Below, in pieces: positions 1-8,841 of a stretch of DNA of 64,000 nt. The stretch is from the IMG/VR virus record IMGVR_UViG_3300020473_000011, positions 124,001 through 188,000 of that record; one strand, 5' to 3'. The stretch's first letter is position 1. Each line of letters opens with the position of its first letter. A model generated the notes under the pieces. It made no database searches and was not told where the DNA came from. It saw only the letters and a list, made by a program, of their open reading frames with translations. Position numbers and translations under genes: made by a program.

Positions 1-285
1 CCACGTGCCCATACCTATCCCTGTTGCTTTAGCGAGACGCACAGCGAACGCAGGCTCGATATTCACCTTCTCATTAAGGAAGTTAGACAGGTGCTTCGGC
101 GTGACGCCTAGGTGCTCGGCCACGGCTTTATTCGTCATATTGCCTACACGCGTTAGGCAATGGCGTTTAAAGAAATCAGACGGGTGTTTACGGAACCCAC
201 CGTCTGGGCGCTTCTTAACCTCTAGGCCGTCAAGCGGCAAACGAGGTGCCAGCTTAACGAAGTCAGGAAATGTAGAGTTAGTCAT
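1..285 (-). CDS. higA: HigA-family antitoxin / XRE HTH (3' end runs off the window)
   Basis: Not in the ORF track. Manual translation MTNSTFPDF...KHPSDFFKRHCLTRVGNMTNKAVAEHLGVTPKHLSNFLNEKVNIEPAFAVRLAKATGIGMGTW has the HigA pattern (HP, HTH, A.RLA...W). GGAGGT RBS at 291-296. Confidence 0.85.
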   Translation of the reverse strand, partial: MTNSTFPDFVKLAPRLPLDGLEVKKRPDGGFRKHPSDFFKRHCLTRVGNMTNKAVAEHLGVTPKHLSNFLNEKVNIEPAFAVRLAKATGIGMGTW

Positions 286-295
286 TGTGAACCTC

Positions 296-661
296 CTATG
301 GCTCGTTTTTGTGCAGTTGCACTTCGATTTTGTACAGGCGGTCAGGCTCTATCTCAAAGTCAGTCTTGATGTCGGACTTTGCCAGTACAGAGCCGAGTAC
401 GCAAACAAAGGTAATTGCAGCAAGTGGCTCAGCGCCGTTGATTGTGATCACCGCACAATAGCGGTCAGGATCAGACGCATCGTGATTGTATGAAGGAAGG
501 TCTTGCAGTTCCTCAATCTCTTGAATGGCATCAAGATCATTAAGGATGTCGTATGCCTTTACCTGTACAAGATACGGCGCGTCTATCAAACGGTACGAGT
601 CAGGCTGCTGTTCAAAGAACGCAGCTTCTAGGTCTTTCGAAATAAAGTGGATTACTGCCAA
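296..661 (-). CDS. Divergent HigB/RelE-like toxin
   Basis: Directly upstream of higA in toxin-first order. MAVIHFISKDLEAAFF and LNDLDAI.EIEELQDLPS resemble the HigB N-terminus; C-terminal His present. Confidence 0.6.
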   Translation of the reverse strand: MAVIHFISKDLEAAFFEQQPDSYRLIDAPYLVQVKAYDILNDLDAIQEIEELQDLPSYNHDASDPDRYCAVITINGAEPLAAITFVCVLGSVLAKSDIKTDFEIEPDRLYKIEVQLHKNEP

Positions 662-693
662 GTGTGTCGCCCTTATTTAGTTGATTATTGCTG

Positions 694-760
694 TTAACCT
701 TTGAGGTTATCTTAGCAAGGCACACGGGTACCGTCAATTAAAATTAACCTTAGAGGTTAT
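694..760. promoter_or_regulatory. Two palindromic operators (TAACCT-N3-AGGTTA) upstream of the higBA-like operon
   Basis: TTAACCTTTGAGGTTAT at 694-710 and TTAACCTTAGAGGTTAT at 744-760, 50 bp apart. Confidence 0.7.
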
Positions 761-929
761 CTTTTGGGTCTGACCCGAGGACAGACAGGTCAGCACCATT
801 AGGCTGTGCTACTTGGGTTACTGCAAGTTGTACTCTGTAATGTACAAGGCGATGTACAAAGCCGCTGGTTTCTACTTGGATGGGGTGAGCCTGCCCCGAG
901 GTCAGACGGGGCAAAAGAGGTGAACAGCC

Positions 930-2249
930 CTACTTAGGTTCGAACTGTTTGTGACAGGTGATGATATGGTCGGCCAAGACAGGGTCTAGTTTGTGCTCTT
1001 TGGCCAAGTCGCCGAATTTAGCGACTGCATTACGTACCTCGTCGATGATGGTCTCGGCGCGGCGCTTAGGCACATTACAGTACTGGGCAAACGCGTGTAT
1101 ATCATCCAGCGTATGACCAGCACTCTTACCATTCAGCGTCAGCTGGTGGCTCTTCGTCCAGCGCCCGCTAGGGTCGTATGAGAATGTCATATCGTAAGCA
1201 GGTGATAAAGACCACTGGCCACGTTTGTTCATCAAAAAGCCGAAGTTCTTAGAGTGGTCGTCAAAGTTAACTGCAAAGTGATTGAACACCGTGCGTCGAA
1301 ACTGTTGCTCAATATCAACTTGCGGTAGTCTTAATTCTCGCATCGACATAATCAATTGTTCGTAGCTATACGCGGCGACATCATCACGGTCGATATGCGC
1401 CAGCCCGCACCAGCTAACGAAATGTACCTTATTGCCACGCTCATCACGGTCGAAGCGCTCGGTAACAAAGTGGCGGGCGCTGCCATCATCCAGTAGCTCA
1501 CAATGCGCCATGTTGATCCCCGCCTCTGCGCACAGTAGCGAATAGATGTATTCAACCACCGTCATATCATTCGGGTCGACGCCGTCTCGGTCTTTATTAT
1601 TAGATATTCCATCGAACTTAATAAGATAGTAGCCAAAACCCTCGGGTGCTTTTACTTGGCCTGAGCGAACTTCGTTACGCTCTTTGTGCCATGCAATCAA
1701 TGCCTTTGCTCGTGCGCCACCAGCCCCTGACGTACCAACACGAATAGCATCACTTAGGTTATCATGCTGATCTGCGGCCAGTGTTGTCTGGAACGCTTCA
1801 CGCTCATTAACGATGTCATTCGCGAACTGGGCAAGGTCGGCCACGTCGAACGCTTCACTTGTTTCCAGTGCACGTGATGACGGGTCGAACTCAAGTGCAC
1901 CCATACCACGCTGACCGATGTAGCATAGTTTCTCTACAGGGTTCAACGAGTCGGGCTTGCGACCGTTCTTGGCCAACCACTGGTTAATGATTTTGTTACC
2001 GTAGGTATCAGGAAGGCTGTCTATGACCATTCCGTTAAGCCCACTGAACGTACGCTTTGAAATGTTATCGAAGACGTAGGGTTCATCCCTTAGTGGCATA
2101 ATAAGCGGTGCTACCTGTATACCACTTTTTTGAAAGCGTGGGTCGTATCGAAATACGGCCACGTCGTTGCGCTCATCCCATGCCAGTGCGCCTATGCGTG
2201 TGCCCCATAAGCGAACCGTTGCACTGTGAACAATTTTATTGCTCGACAT
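930..2249 (-). CDS. hipA: HipA-family Ser/Thr kinase toxin
   Basis: N-terminal coupled domain (LWGTRIGALAWDE...FRYDP), Gly-rich loop SGAGGARAK, YLIKFD, catalytic DDHSKNF, LSPAYD. Confidence 0.95.
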   Translation of the reverse strand: MSSNKIVHSATVRLWGTRIGALAWDERNDVAVFRYDPRFQKSGIQVAPLIMPLRDEPYVFDNISKRTFSGLNGMVIDSLPDTYGNKIINQWLAKNGRKPDSLNPVEKLCYIGQRGMGALEFDPSSRALETSEAFDVADLAQFANDIVNEREAFQTTLAADQHDNLSDAIRVGTSGAGGARAKALIAWHKERNEVRSGQVKAPEGFGYYLIKFDGISNNKDRDGVDPNDMTVVEYIYSLLCAEAGINMAHCELLDDGSARHFVTERFDRDERGNKVHFVSWCGLAHIDRDDVAAYSYEQLIMSMRELRLPQVDIEQQFRRTVFNHFAVNFDDHSKNFGFLMNKRGQWSLSPAYDMTFSYDPSGRWTKSHQLTLNGKSAGHTLDDIHAFAQYCNVPKRRAETIIDEVRNAVAKFGDLAKEHKLDPVLADHIITCHKQFEPK

Positions 2250-2326
2250 ACTTGATCCTTATACTGTATCTATGTACAGTAGTATTATTCAACGAAAACA
2301 ACTGTGATGCAACCTATTTCATTAAA

Positions 2327-2488
2327 TATCATATTTGATACTTAACTTAATTTTTAAACAGTAAAATGTCAAATATGACACTTAATACCCTTTAGTTCTT
2401 CCACTAAGGGGCGCTCTGCGTTCCTTTTCTTAAATATCATATATGATAATTAACGCTTCTTAATTGTTCTTATGTGTCATATATGCTA
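2327..2488. promoter_or_regulatory. Four 14-bp palindromic operators between divergent hipA and the HTH gene
   Basis: TATCATATTTGATA 2327, TGTCAAATATGACA 2367, TATCATATATGATA 2435, TGTCATATATGCTA 2475; two pairs, each 40 bp apart. Confidence 0.75.
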
Positions 2489-2524
2489 TATAACGTCCTA
2501 GACTAATTAAATGGAGCGAAGGCC

Positions 2525-2890
2525 ATGAACCTGACTCTTTTAACGAACAAACAAATCATTGCAGATCTCGCCGAGCGGGTTGATACACTACGTGTCCAAA
2601 ACGACATACAGGTGCGTGACCTTGTTGCGGCAGGTGTCAGTAGCAGTACCTATGCCCGTTTCTTGAAAGGCAATACAATCGGCTTGGATAAACTGATCAT
2701 CATTCTTCGTGAGATCGGCTGCTTAGAAGATCTGAACAAGCTGTGCAACGTCGTGACGATTGACCCGATTGCAGTAGTCGAGCAGCAAACGACGCGTAAG
2801 AAGCGTGTTGCTACGAAGTCTGACGCGATGGCCACCAGCGACGGTGACGACGATGAGGTGTTTGTGTGGGGTGAAGACGCCGACGATTAA
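2525..2890 (+). CDS. HipB-like XRE HTH antitoxin/regulator
   Basis: LAERVDTLR...AGVSSSTYARFLKGNTIGLDKLIIILREIG HTH, P..V...RKKRV motif and a C-terminal Trp tail (FVWGED); adjacent to hipA. Confidence 0.75.
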   Translation: MNLTLLTNKQIIADLAERVDTLRVQNDIQVRDLVAAGVSSSTYARFLKGNTIGLDKLIIILREIGCLEDLNKLCNVVTIDPIAVVEQQTTRKKRVATKSDAMATSDGDDDEVFVWGEDADD

Positions 2891-2932
2891 GGCATGCTGT
2901 TGCAGTACAAGCATGCCTTTGACCTGTTCGGT

Positions 2933-3031
2933 TTAGTCCCGTTTACACTTGTTGATTTCGATTCGGATAAGTTCAAGTAGAAGTAATGCAGAGGTACCAG
3001 CCAATAGATGTAATAGGCCAAAGGTTTCCAT
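2933..3031 (-). CDS. 32-aa hydrophobic peptide (type I toxin-like)
   Basis: Manual translation METFGLLHLLAGTSALLLLELIRIEINKCKRD; AAGGAA RBS; about 200 nt non-coding upstream. Confidence 0.5.
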   Translation of the reverse strand: METFGLLHLLAGTSALLLLELIRIEINKCKRD

Positions 3032-3196
3032 TTAGTGTTTCCTTAGTTGGGTGTCTTAGTATCGTGTTTCGTTCGGGTCAATGACCCTGTCTCAATCCCT
3101 GCGGTAATTATAAAAGTTTCTGTGCCTACAAACCATACGCTCGGTCAATGTTTCCGTCGAGTTTCATAAATAGTTCACATACGGCCAGTCAGTCAC

Positions 3197-3221
3197 AAAA
3201 AAGCCGTCACGTGGACGGCTT
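3197..3221 (-). terminator. Rho-independent terminator
   Basis: AAGCCGTC/GACGGCTT stem with a T-tract on the minus strand, downstream of 3246..3692. Confidence 0.7.
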
Positions 3222-3245
3222 CTTATCGTGTTGTAGGGCAGTCTA

Positions 3246-3692
3246 TTAAGACCACCAGCTACAACGTAAGCGCTCTTCTGGCGTATTCCAATGATTAAGC
3301 ATGATACCTTGGGCACGGGATGAAAGCTTAGGCTTCTTCTCTGGATCTGCTGATGGGTCAATCCAGCGCCACTTGCCGTTATCCGTATCACACGTACCAA
3401 CGTAGTAATTAAACAGTGAGTCACGTACGTCATTCATCGTGAAGCGTGTTGATACAAAGATATGTGTAACGTCTAGACCCATTGTGTCTTTAATGTGCTC
3501 GGCTTCTTCCTTCGGGCATTCAAAGACAAACCACGTTGGGGTCTTCTTTGTCTTCCATGGTTGCAGCAAGGCGATTGGCGATTTGTTACGGTCGGTCAAT
3601 ACTTCACGTACTGAGTTCGGTAAGAAGTAAGCGCCTTCTGAAAGTGTACGAAGTGCTTGTACAGTTGGGTTCTGGGTCATAGCAAGTCTCAA
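3246..3692 (-). CDS. Hypothetical protein
   Basis: 148-aa ORF; probable start at MTQNP after a GAGAC leader; terminator downstream. Confidence 0.65.
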   Translation of the reverse strand: MRLAMTQNPTVQALRTLSEGAYFLPNSVREVLTDRNKSPIALLQPWKTKKTPTWFVFECPKEEAEHIKDTMGLDVTHIFVSTRFTMNDVRDSLFNYYVGTCDTDNGKWRWIDPSADPEKKPKLSSRAQGIMLNHWNTPEERLRCSWWS

Positions 3693-3824
3693 ATCAAAAA
3701 GTAATTAGGAGTTGCTAGTATTGTACAAGAGTTTGTGTGGGAGTGCTACTATGTCTGTTCTGATTAAGTCTGTGTGCCCCGCGTCTGGCTGGCGGGGCTG
3801 GTGGACTGGGTCACGTCTGCTTGG

Positions 3825-4235
3825 TTAATTGTATATCGGTGACAGGTACTCGCGTATGTGACGTATACAGTCGGCGCGTAGTTCCCGCTGCTTACCCTCA
3901 TACAAGCCCTCCCCCGTTGATGGGACAGGATTTAGAAAACTACCACTGTAATGCTGCCATGTTGCAAAGATATGGCGTCTGTGTGCCTTATGCACGGTAC
4001 TGATGAAACCTGTCTCACCGCAAATGTTACGTACGTCTGACATGTCACCTGTACCCTCGGCGCGGTTAAGTAACACTTGTAGATTTAGGTCAAGCTTGCG
4101 TAACTTCTTGTGACATGACCTGTGGGTGCAGTTTGGTTCAAAGCATACAAAGCAAAGTGGGTCTTTCGTCAACGCGAGGATTTGGTCATCAGTCATGGTG
4201 GCCATGTTATCAGTGTCTCTTTTACTACTATTCAA
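3825..4235 (-). CDS. Hypothetical Cys/His-containing protein
   Basis: CFVC...C.H..C motif; likely start at MATMTD. Confidence 0.6.
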   Translation of the reverse strand: MNSSKRDTDNMATMTDDQILALTKDPLCFVCFEPNCTHRSCHKKLRKLDLNLQVLLNRAEGTGDMSDVRNICGETGFISTVHKAHRRHIFATWQHYSGSFLNPVPSTGEGLYEGKQRELRADCIRHIREYLSPIYN

Positions 4236-4275
4236 TAAAAATCATTGTACAATGATTTGGTTATAGTGTCTACAG

Positions 4276-4904
4276 AAAACGACTGCACCCGAGTGGTTTA
4301 CAGCTAGATCTAGTTTAGACGCGCATGACCCTGATCAACCCCGTACTGCCCTGCCAACGTCGCTGGTAAAAGAGAAAGAAAAGGAAGATAAGGAAAAGGC
4401 GCAGGGGTGTCCTCAAAAAGACGACTGCATAAAAGACGACTGCACGGGTGAGGCTCCGCGAACTGTGTTCCTTTAGTGGGTCGAGTGTTGTACAATGCAA
4501 TCTGACTTTTGTTATGAGACCTAGAGAGAGCAAGACTATGAGTACATTAAGCGCACATCAACTTTTAGAAGACCACGGCCTTACGGCTGAGCAGTTACTA
4601 GAAACAGGTAGCAGCCAGCAAAAGTTGATTGACCACTATACGAAGAACCTTGAAAAGGTGCTAAAGAGTCACGGTGCCACTAGCGATTACTTCACTAACG
4701 CCTTCTTTATGCTACAGGGTGTGAACATGGGCTTGAGTGTAGGCGAAGCTGCACGTTGGACAACCGATGAACTTGAGCGTCTTCACGACATCAAAATCGA
4801 CAACGCGTAATACCACCCTTCCCTAAAGATAGACCTTATCTAAAGGCAGTGCACTACTGGGCTGCCTTCTTTCCAAAAGACGACTGCATAAATGACGACT
4901 GCAC
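4276..4904 (+). repeat. Iteron-like GACGACTGCA direct repeats flanking a small gene
   Basis: AAAAGACGACTGCATAAA(A/T)GACGACTGCAC at 4416-4445 and 4875-4904; partial copy at 4276-4288; inverted partial copy at 5832-5843. Confidence 0.8.
4538..4810 (+). CDS. Hypothetical protein
   Basis: MSTLSAHQLLEDHG... with a GAGAG RBS; part of track ORF 4448..4810. Confidence 0.65.
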   Translation: MSTLSAHQLLEDHGLTAEQLLETGSSQQKLIDHYTKNLEKVLKSHGATSDYFTNAFFMLQGVNMGLSVGEAARWTTDELERLHDIKIDNA

Positions 4905-4935
4905 TGCGTGGTCACACACCATTGGTGTTGATGTG

Positions 4936-5088
4936 TCAGTCAACCTTCATTAGGACATAGACACCTGCCAGTACGCCGAAGAGGGCAAAGAGAAAGCTCG
5001 TGATTGATTCGTTGTACATGGCCATAATAAGGCCGATGCTGCCTACGATTAGACTAAAAAGTCCAAGCGCCGATACTAGAAAGCTCAT
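4936..5088 (-). CDS. Small two-TM membrane protein
   Basis: MSFLVSALGLFSLIVGSIGLIMAM...FLFALFGVLAGVYVLM. Confidence 0.55.
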   Translation of the reverse strand: MSFLVSALGLFSLIVGSIGLIMAMYNESITSFLFALFGVLAGVYVLMKVD

Positions 5089-5161
5089 AAGGATTACCTG
5101 TCTCGTGTAGTTCTCCCAGTCTAGCACCGTTTGGACATGCCTGCACCATTGGCTCTGTGAA

Positions 5162-5680
5162 CTAGCGTGCCAGTCCGTATACAAAAGCTGACCACCACAG
5201 GGCTGAGGCTAGTACAACGATTAGGTGTGGCTTAGCGGTGACCGCAGGCGTGTGCTGGGTGACCTTGGGGTCAGGCTCTTTTCCCATGTACTGGTCAAGC
5301 GCGCATGTACAACGCTTATACCATGTGCAGGTTTTGTTATGATGTACGTACATCAGTTTCTCAGGGCTGTTCCGCGTCAGCTCGTCCAGAATGACCTTAC
5401 CGAAGATAGACATTACCTGTCCCCTTGTTATTTGGCGGTTAATTGCGTCGGATGTCTTGCTATTAATTGTACAACGTAATTGGAGTAAATACACATTTAC
5501 TTCATTCACTGCGCCCGTATTTAAAGGGCTGTAGCGGTTCCTACTTTTTGTAAATGAAGCGAACACTTCCATACCACAGTCATAGGTAAGAGTCTCCCAC
5601 CAGCGAGCGCCTAAACCACTGCGGTGCAGGTGCTTTGCATAATTATTCATGCCGTATTCACCCCTAAAATAGCCCTGCAT
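5162..5680 (-). CDS. Hypothetical protein
   Basis: 172-aa ORF with a hydrophobic C-terminus. Confidence 0.55.
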   Translation of the reverse strand: MQGYFRGEYGMNNYAKHLHRSGLGARWWETLTYDCGMEVFASFTKSRNRYSPLNTGAVNEVNVYLLQLRCTINSKTSDAINRQITRGQVMSIFGKVILDELTRNSPEKLMYVHHNKTCTWYKRCTCALDQYMGKEPDPKVTQHTPAVTAKPHLIVVLASALWWSAFVYGLAR

Positions 5681-5910
5681 ATTTATTCAAATCGTTGTAC
5701 AAGACTTAGTGAATAGCTATTCACCTGTGGATAACTGGGGCGCAGCGCTTTTTGCTGTCGACAATACTGACCCACCTCCACATCAATCATTGTACAACAC
5801 TTCAATGGTGCAGACTTCTGTCCCCAGCCTATTTATGCAGTCGAGTGAATAGGACTTATCCACAGAAATCCGAGTGAATAACACCGATAAATAAGAGTGA
5901 ATAAAACGCC
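5681..5910. other. Candidate plasmid-type replication origin
   Basis: Perfect DnaA boxes TGTGGATAA 5726-5734 and TTATCCACA 5856-5864; (G)AGTGAATA repeats at 5708, 5843, 5872, 5895; lies where gene orientation diverges. Confidence 0.55.
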
Positions 5911-6061
5911 TCAATCCGTTGCTAATGACCTGCGTCTCACTGGTTCACACAATATAGCTTGAGTTATCACTAGTACAGGTGATACCCTTCGCACCCTGAA
6001 ACAGGGGGCTGGTCTTTTAAAAAGATGTGAGGCCGCCCGATGAACTTAAATTAACGTATAA

Positions 6062-7342
6062 ATGAGACGCAAGATGACTTGTAGAAATCACTGTAGTTAT
6101 CATGATGGTACCGACCCTACTTCAAATAAGGGTAATGGTAGGTATGTATGTGACCTTTGTGATAGTGAAACCCAGCTAAGCTGGTGGCCTTCGGTAGATG
6201 AGTTTTTCTATAGACCAAAAAGGCTTTCTCGTGGGCGTAAGGAATTTAAGGAAGCCGAGCACATCAAAGTGGGCTTTGACCCTGCGCGCAAGAGTGAACG
6301 CTACACAGGTCTTTACTACATACTGTGTGAGAACTCACAGCCTCTTACGTATGATGATGTACTCTGGGTGCAGCAACACACGACACCGCTTGAGCTGTTC
6401 GGCCACTACATCAGCCCTGACGAGTTCGACACCCATGATGAGGATGACGTTGCCTTGTGGCATAACCTTTGTGAAATCTACAGTGACTGGCCGACTGACC
6501 CCGAAAGCGAGGAAGGTGCTGCTAAGCGAGAGTGGTACTATGAAATCAGAGAGGGTACCAGCCCTTTCTTGTACGAGGCAGATTCTGTTCTTAGTGTGTA
6601 CAGCCTCGACGGGCATGGGCGTTATCCTGTGCCGAGTAACAAAGGGCAGCTCAGAGGTCTTGCCCTCGATATTGCCTACGACGAGCTAAACTTGATTGAG
6701 CATACTGATGCACAGGGCAACAACACCGACTACGGACTCGTTACCGAGTACGACACGACTAATTGCACATGCGAAGTAGATCGCGTCGAGTTGTCATTTG
6801 ACCCTCTGCAATGCGACGCAGCCTACAATGACAATATGACCGCAGGTGTGAGTGCTATCGCGTATGCACAAGAACCTACACGTAGCCAGAAGCACCCTTG
6901 TGGTACAGTCATTACGCATAAGCGTGTAAAGCCTGACACTGATACCTATCTTAGGGAGCTGTCGTCTATCGTAGAAGAACATCAATCCACCGTGGTTAGC
7001 GCTCTTGAACGCCTGAGTAAGCGTCTATCTGTCAATGAGGGCAAGCGTAGCCTTGTCGTCGTCGAGAACGTGTACCCTACTGCTGTTGCTGCCACAGATA
7101 CCGCCGAAATGGAGAAGCGTCGCGACGAAACCATAAAGCTTATGGCGCTCAGACAGGGTGTCCCCCTTGACCAAGTGGAATACACCCACACGGCACTGGA
7201 AATGGAATCAGCCCCCGTAGGTCAATGGGAGTTGTACACTGTGATAAAGGATAGAAGCTACCTGATAGTCACGGCACCCTATGCTACTAAGATAATACTG
7301 AGTGACAAGGGCTATAAGCCAAAGGCTGGTGGTCGTCTCTGA
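6062..7342 (+). CDS. Hypothetical acidic protein with N-terminal Cys/His motif
   Basis: 426-aa ORF, CRNHC...CDLC; no family recognised. Confidence 0.75.
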   Translation: MRRKMTCRNHCSYHDGTDPTSNKGNGRYVCDLCDSETQLSWWPSVDEFFYRPKRLSRGRKEFKEAEHIKVGFDPARKSERYTGLYYILCENSQPLTYDDVLWVQQHTTPLELFGHYISPDEFDTHDEDDVALWHNLCEIYSDWPTDPESEEGAAKREWYYEIREGTSPFLYEADSVLSVYSLDGHGRYPVPSNKGQLRGLALDIAYDELNLIEHTDAQGNNTDYGLVTEYDTTNCTCEVDRVELSFDPLQCDAAYNDNMTAGVSAIAYAQEPTRSQKHPCGTVITHKRVKPDTDTYLRELSSIVEEHQSTVVSALERLSKRLSVNEGKRSLVVVENVYPTAVAATDTAEMEKRRDETIKLMALRQGVPLDQVEYTHTALEMESAPVGQWELYTVIKDRSYLIVTAPYATKIILSDKGYKPKAGGRL

Positions 7343-7445
7343 GACGGCCTTATCTTACGCGAATAATTGAAACAGGTGGCCATTTTACAGCGATAAGCAC
7401 ACGGGTAATGGCGCACTGAGAACTAACCGAAAGGACATTGTCATC

Positions 7446-8246
7446 ATGACACAGAAGACCGACACTATACGCATGGTAAAGGTAAACCACCCTGCGAAGA
7501 ACCGAACGTATTACTTGACCGAAGGTAACTACCACTATCTCTTTGCGAGCCGTGGACACCTACCCCAGTCAGACCCTGCTGCGCATGAAAAGACACTGGA
7601 TGCGCAGTCCTCTGTTATCCTTGAAGACGGTGCGCTGTGGCTTAACCGTCTTTGGCCAGCGGCTACCGTCAATGAACTGATGGCGTTGATTGGCGAGCCT
7701 GCCCTGCCAAACGACCAGTCGCTGCCCTATAAGAGCGCCACGTATCAGGGTACCACGTACTTTATCACTGACGCTGTCTGGGATGAGCAAATAGCACCGA
7801 CCTTCGCGCGCCTTGGAAGCTTCCCTGTGGAACGCGCAGCGCTTTATTGTGACTATGCCTACAAAGCAGGGAGCACTGTGAAGTGTACGTATTCATGTGT
7901 CGTCGGGAGCTACCACCAAATCTTGCTACAGCTCAAAGCACTGGCCGAGGTCGTTGACCTTAACGAAGAGCCTGAGCTGGTACACATCGAGCCGTACAAG
8001 GAAACCTATACACTTGATGAGGTGAAGCAGCTACTGGACGAGAACACCGCACTTAAAAAAGATGTTGAGCGCTTAGAGACAAATCAGGTCTGGTACGTCA
8101 ATGCACTAGAAGCACTCTCACCGTTCCGCTATGCAGCCCACCAGCTGCTCACTGAGCCTGAGCGTTTGTCACACCGTGAAGCCCTTCAAAAGGTTCTCGA
8201 TATGGCCGAAGCTTATTTTGCGAAGAAGGATAGCCAGTCTAGCTAA
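7446..8246 (+). CDS. Hypothetical protein
   Basis: 266-aa ORF, AAGGA RBS, C-terminal coiled coil. Confidence 0.75.
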   Translation: MTQKTDTIRMVKVNHPAKNRTYYLTEGNYHYLFASRGHLPQSDPAAHEKTLDAQSSVILEDGALWLNRLWPAATVNELMALIGEPALPNDQSLPYKSATYQGTTYFITDAVWDEQIAPTFARLGSFPVERAALYCDYAYKAGSTVKCTYSCVVGSYHQILLQLKALAEVVDLNEEPELVHIEPYKETYTLDEVKQLLDENTALKKDVERLETNQVWYVNALEALSPFRYAAHQLLTEPERLSHREALQKVLDMAEAYFAKKDSQSS

Positions 8247-8327
8247 CACCCGCCGTGGCCTTGTACTCTATTGTGGTCAGTTGTACAATCAACTGACCCT
8301 AAACACTACTATAGAGACTGAGATACA

Positions 8328-8699
8328 ATGACATCACGCGCAAGTAAGATCCTTGAAACCCACCAGCACACGTTAAGCGAAGACGCTGCCAAGACGTATG
8401 CCCGTCAGCTTAGTGACGTAATCCCTAATTTTAATCATGCTGCAACGAGCCAGCGTGCTGACGCAGGCTACCTAGCCTTGGCACTACAGCACGGCTTAGC
8501 TGCCCAGCTAGAAGGGATTAAGGCCACAATCGAAGAGCTTTCAGACGAGTACTACGCTGACGACGTGAATGCCCAACGCAAACTATGGCTGCTTAAACAA
8601 GTTTTCGCTGAGTTAGATATAAAGCAGTCTAAGGTATCAAGCCTAGACCGCTTACTGACGGCTGCCTATAAGGGTGACTGGCCAGACGACCTCGCTTAA
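8328..8699 (+). CDS. Hypothetical protein (possible internal head protein)
   Basis: 123 aa; N-terminus MTSRASKILE...LSE resembles those of 23411..23755, 41168..41758 and 41805..42197. Confidence 0.7.
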   Translation: MTSRASKILETHQHTLSEDAAKTYARQLSDVIPNFNHAATSQRADAGYLALALQHGLAAQLEGIKATIEELSDEYYADDVNAQRKLWLLKQVFAELDIKQSKVSSLDRLLTAAYKGDWPDDLA

Positions 8700-8841
8700 A
8701 ACCTGCACCCCAGCCGTTTAGCTACAATTTGGGCTTGCCCGAATTGTACAACGGTGTATACTCTTAGCCCATTAGAATAGAAGCCTACCGCCTGATGTAC
8801 TCGTAGGCTTCCTTGCCGTAAAGACAACTAAGGGCTATTAC

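Noticed and set aside
5-493. 162-aa + strand ORF
   Set aside because: Antisense shadow of the higA- and higB-like genes.
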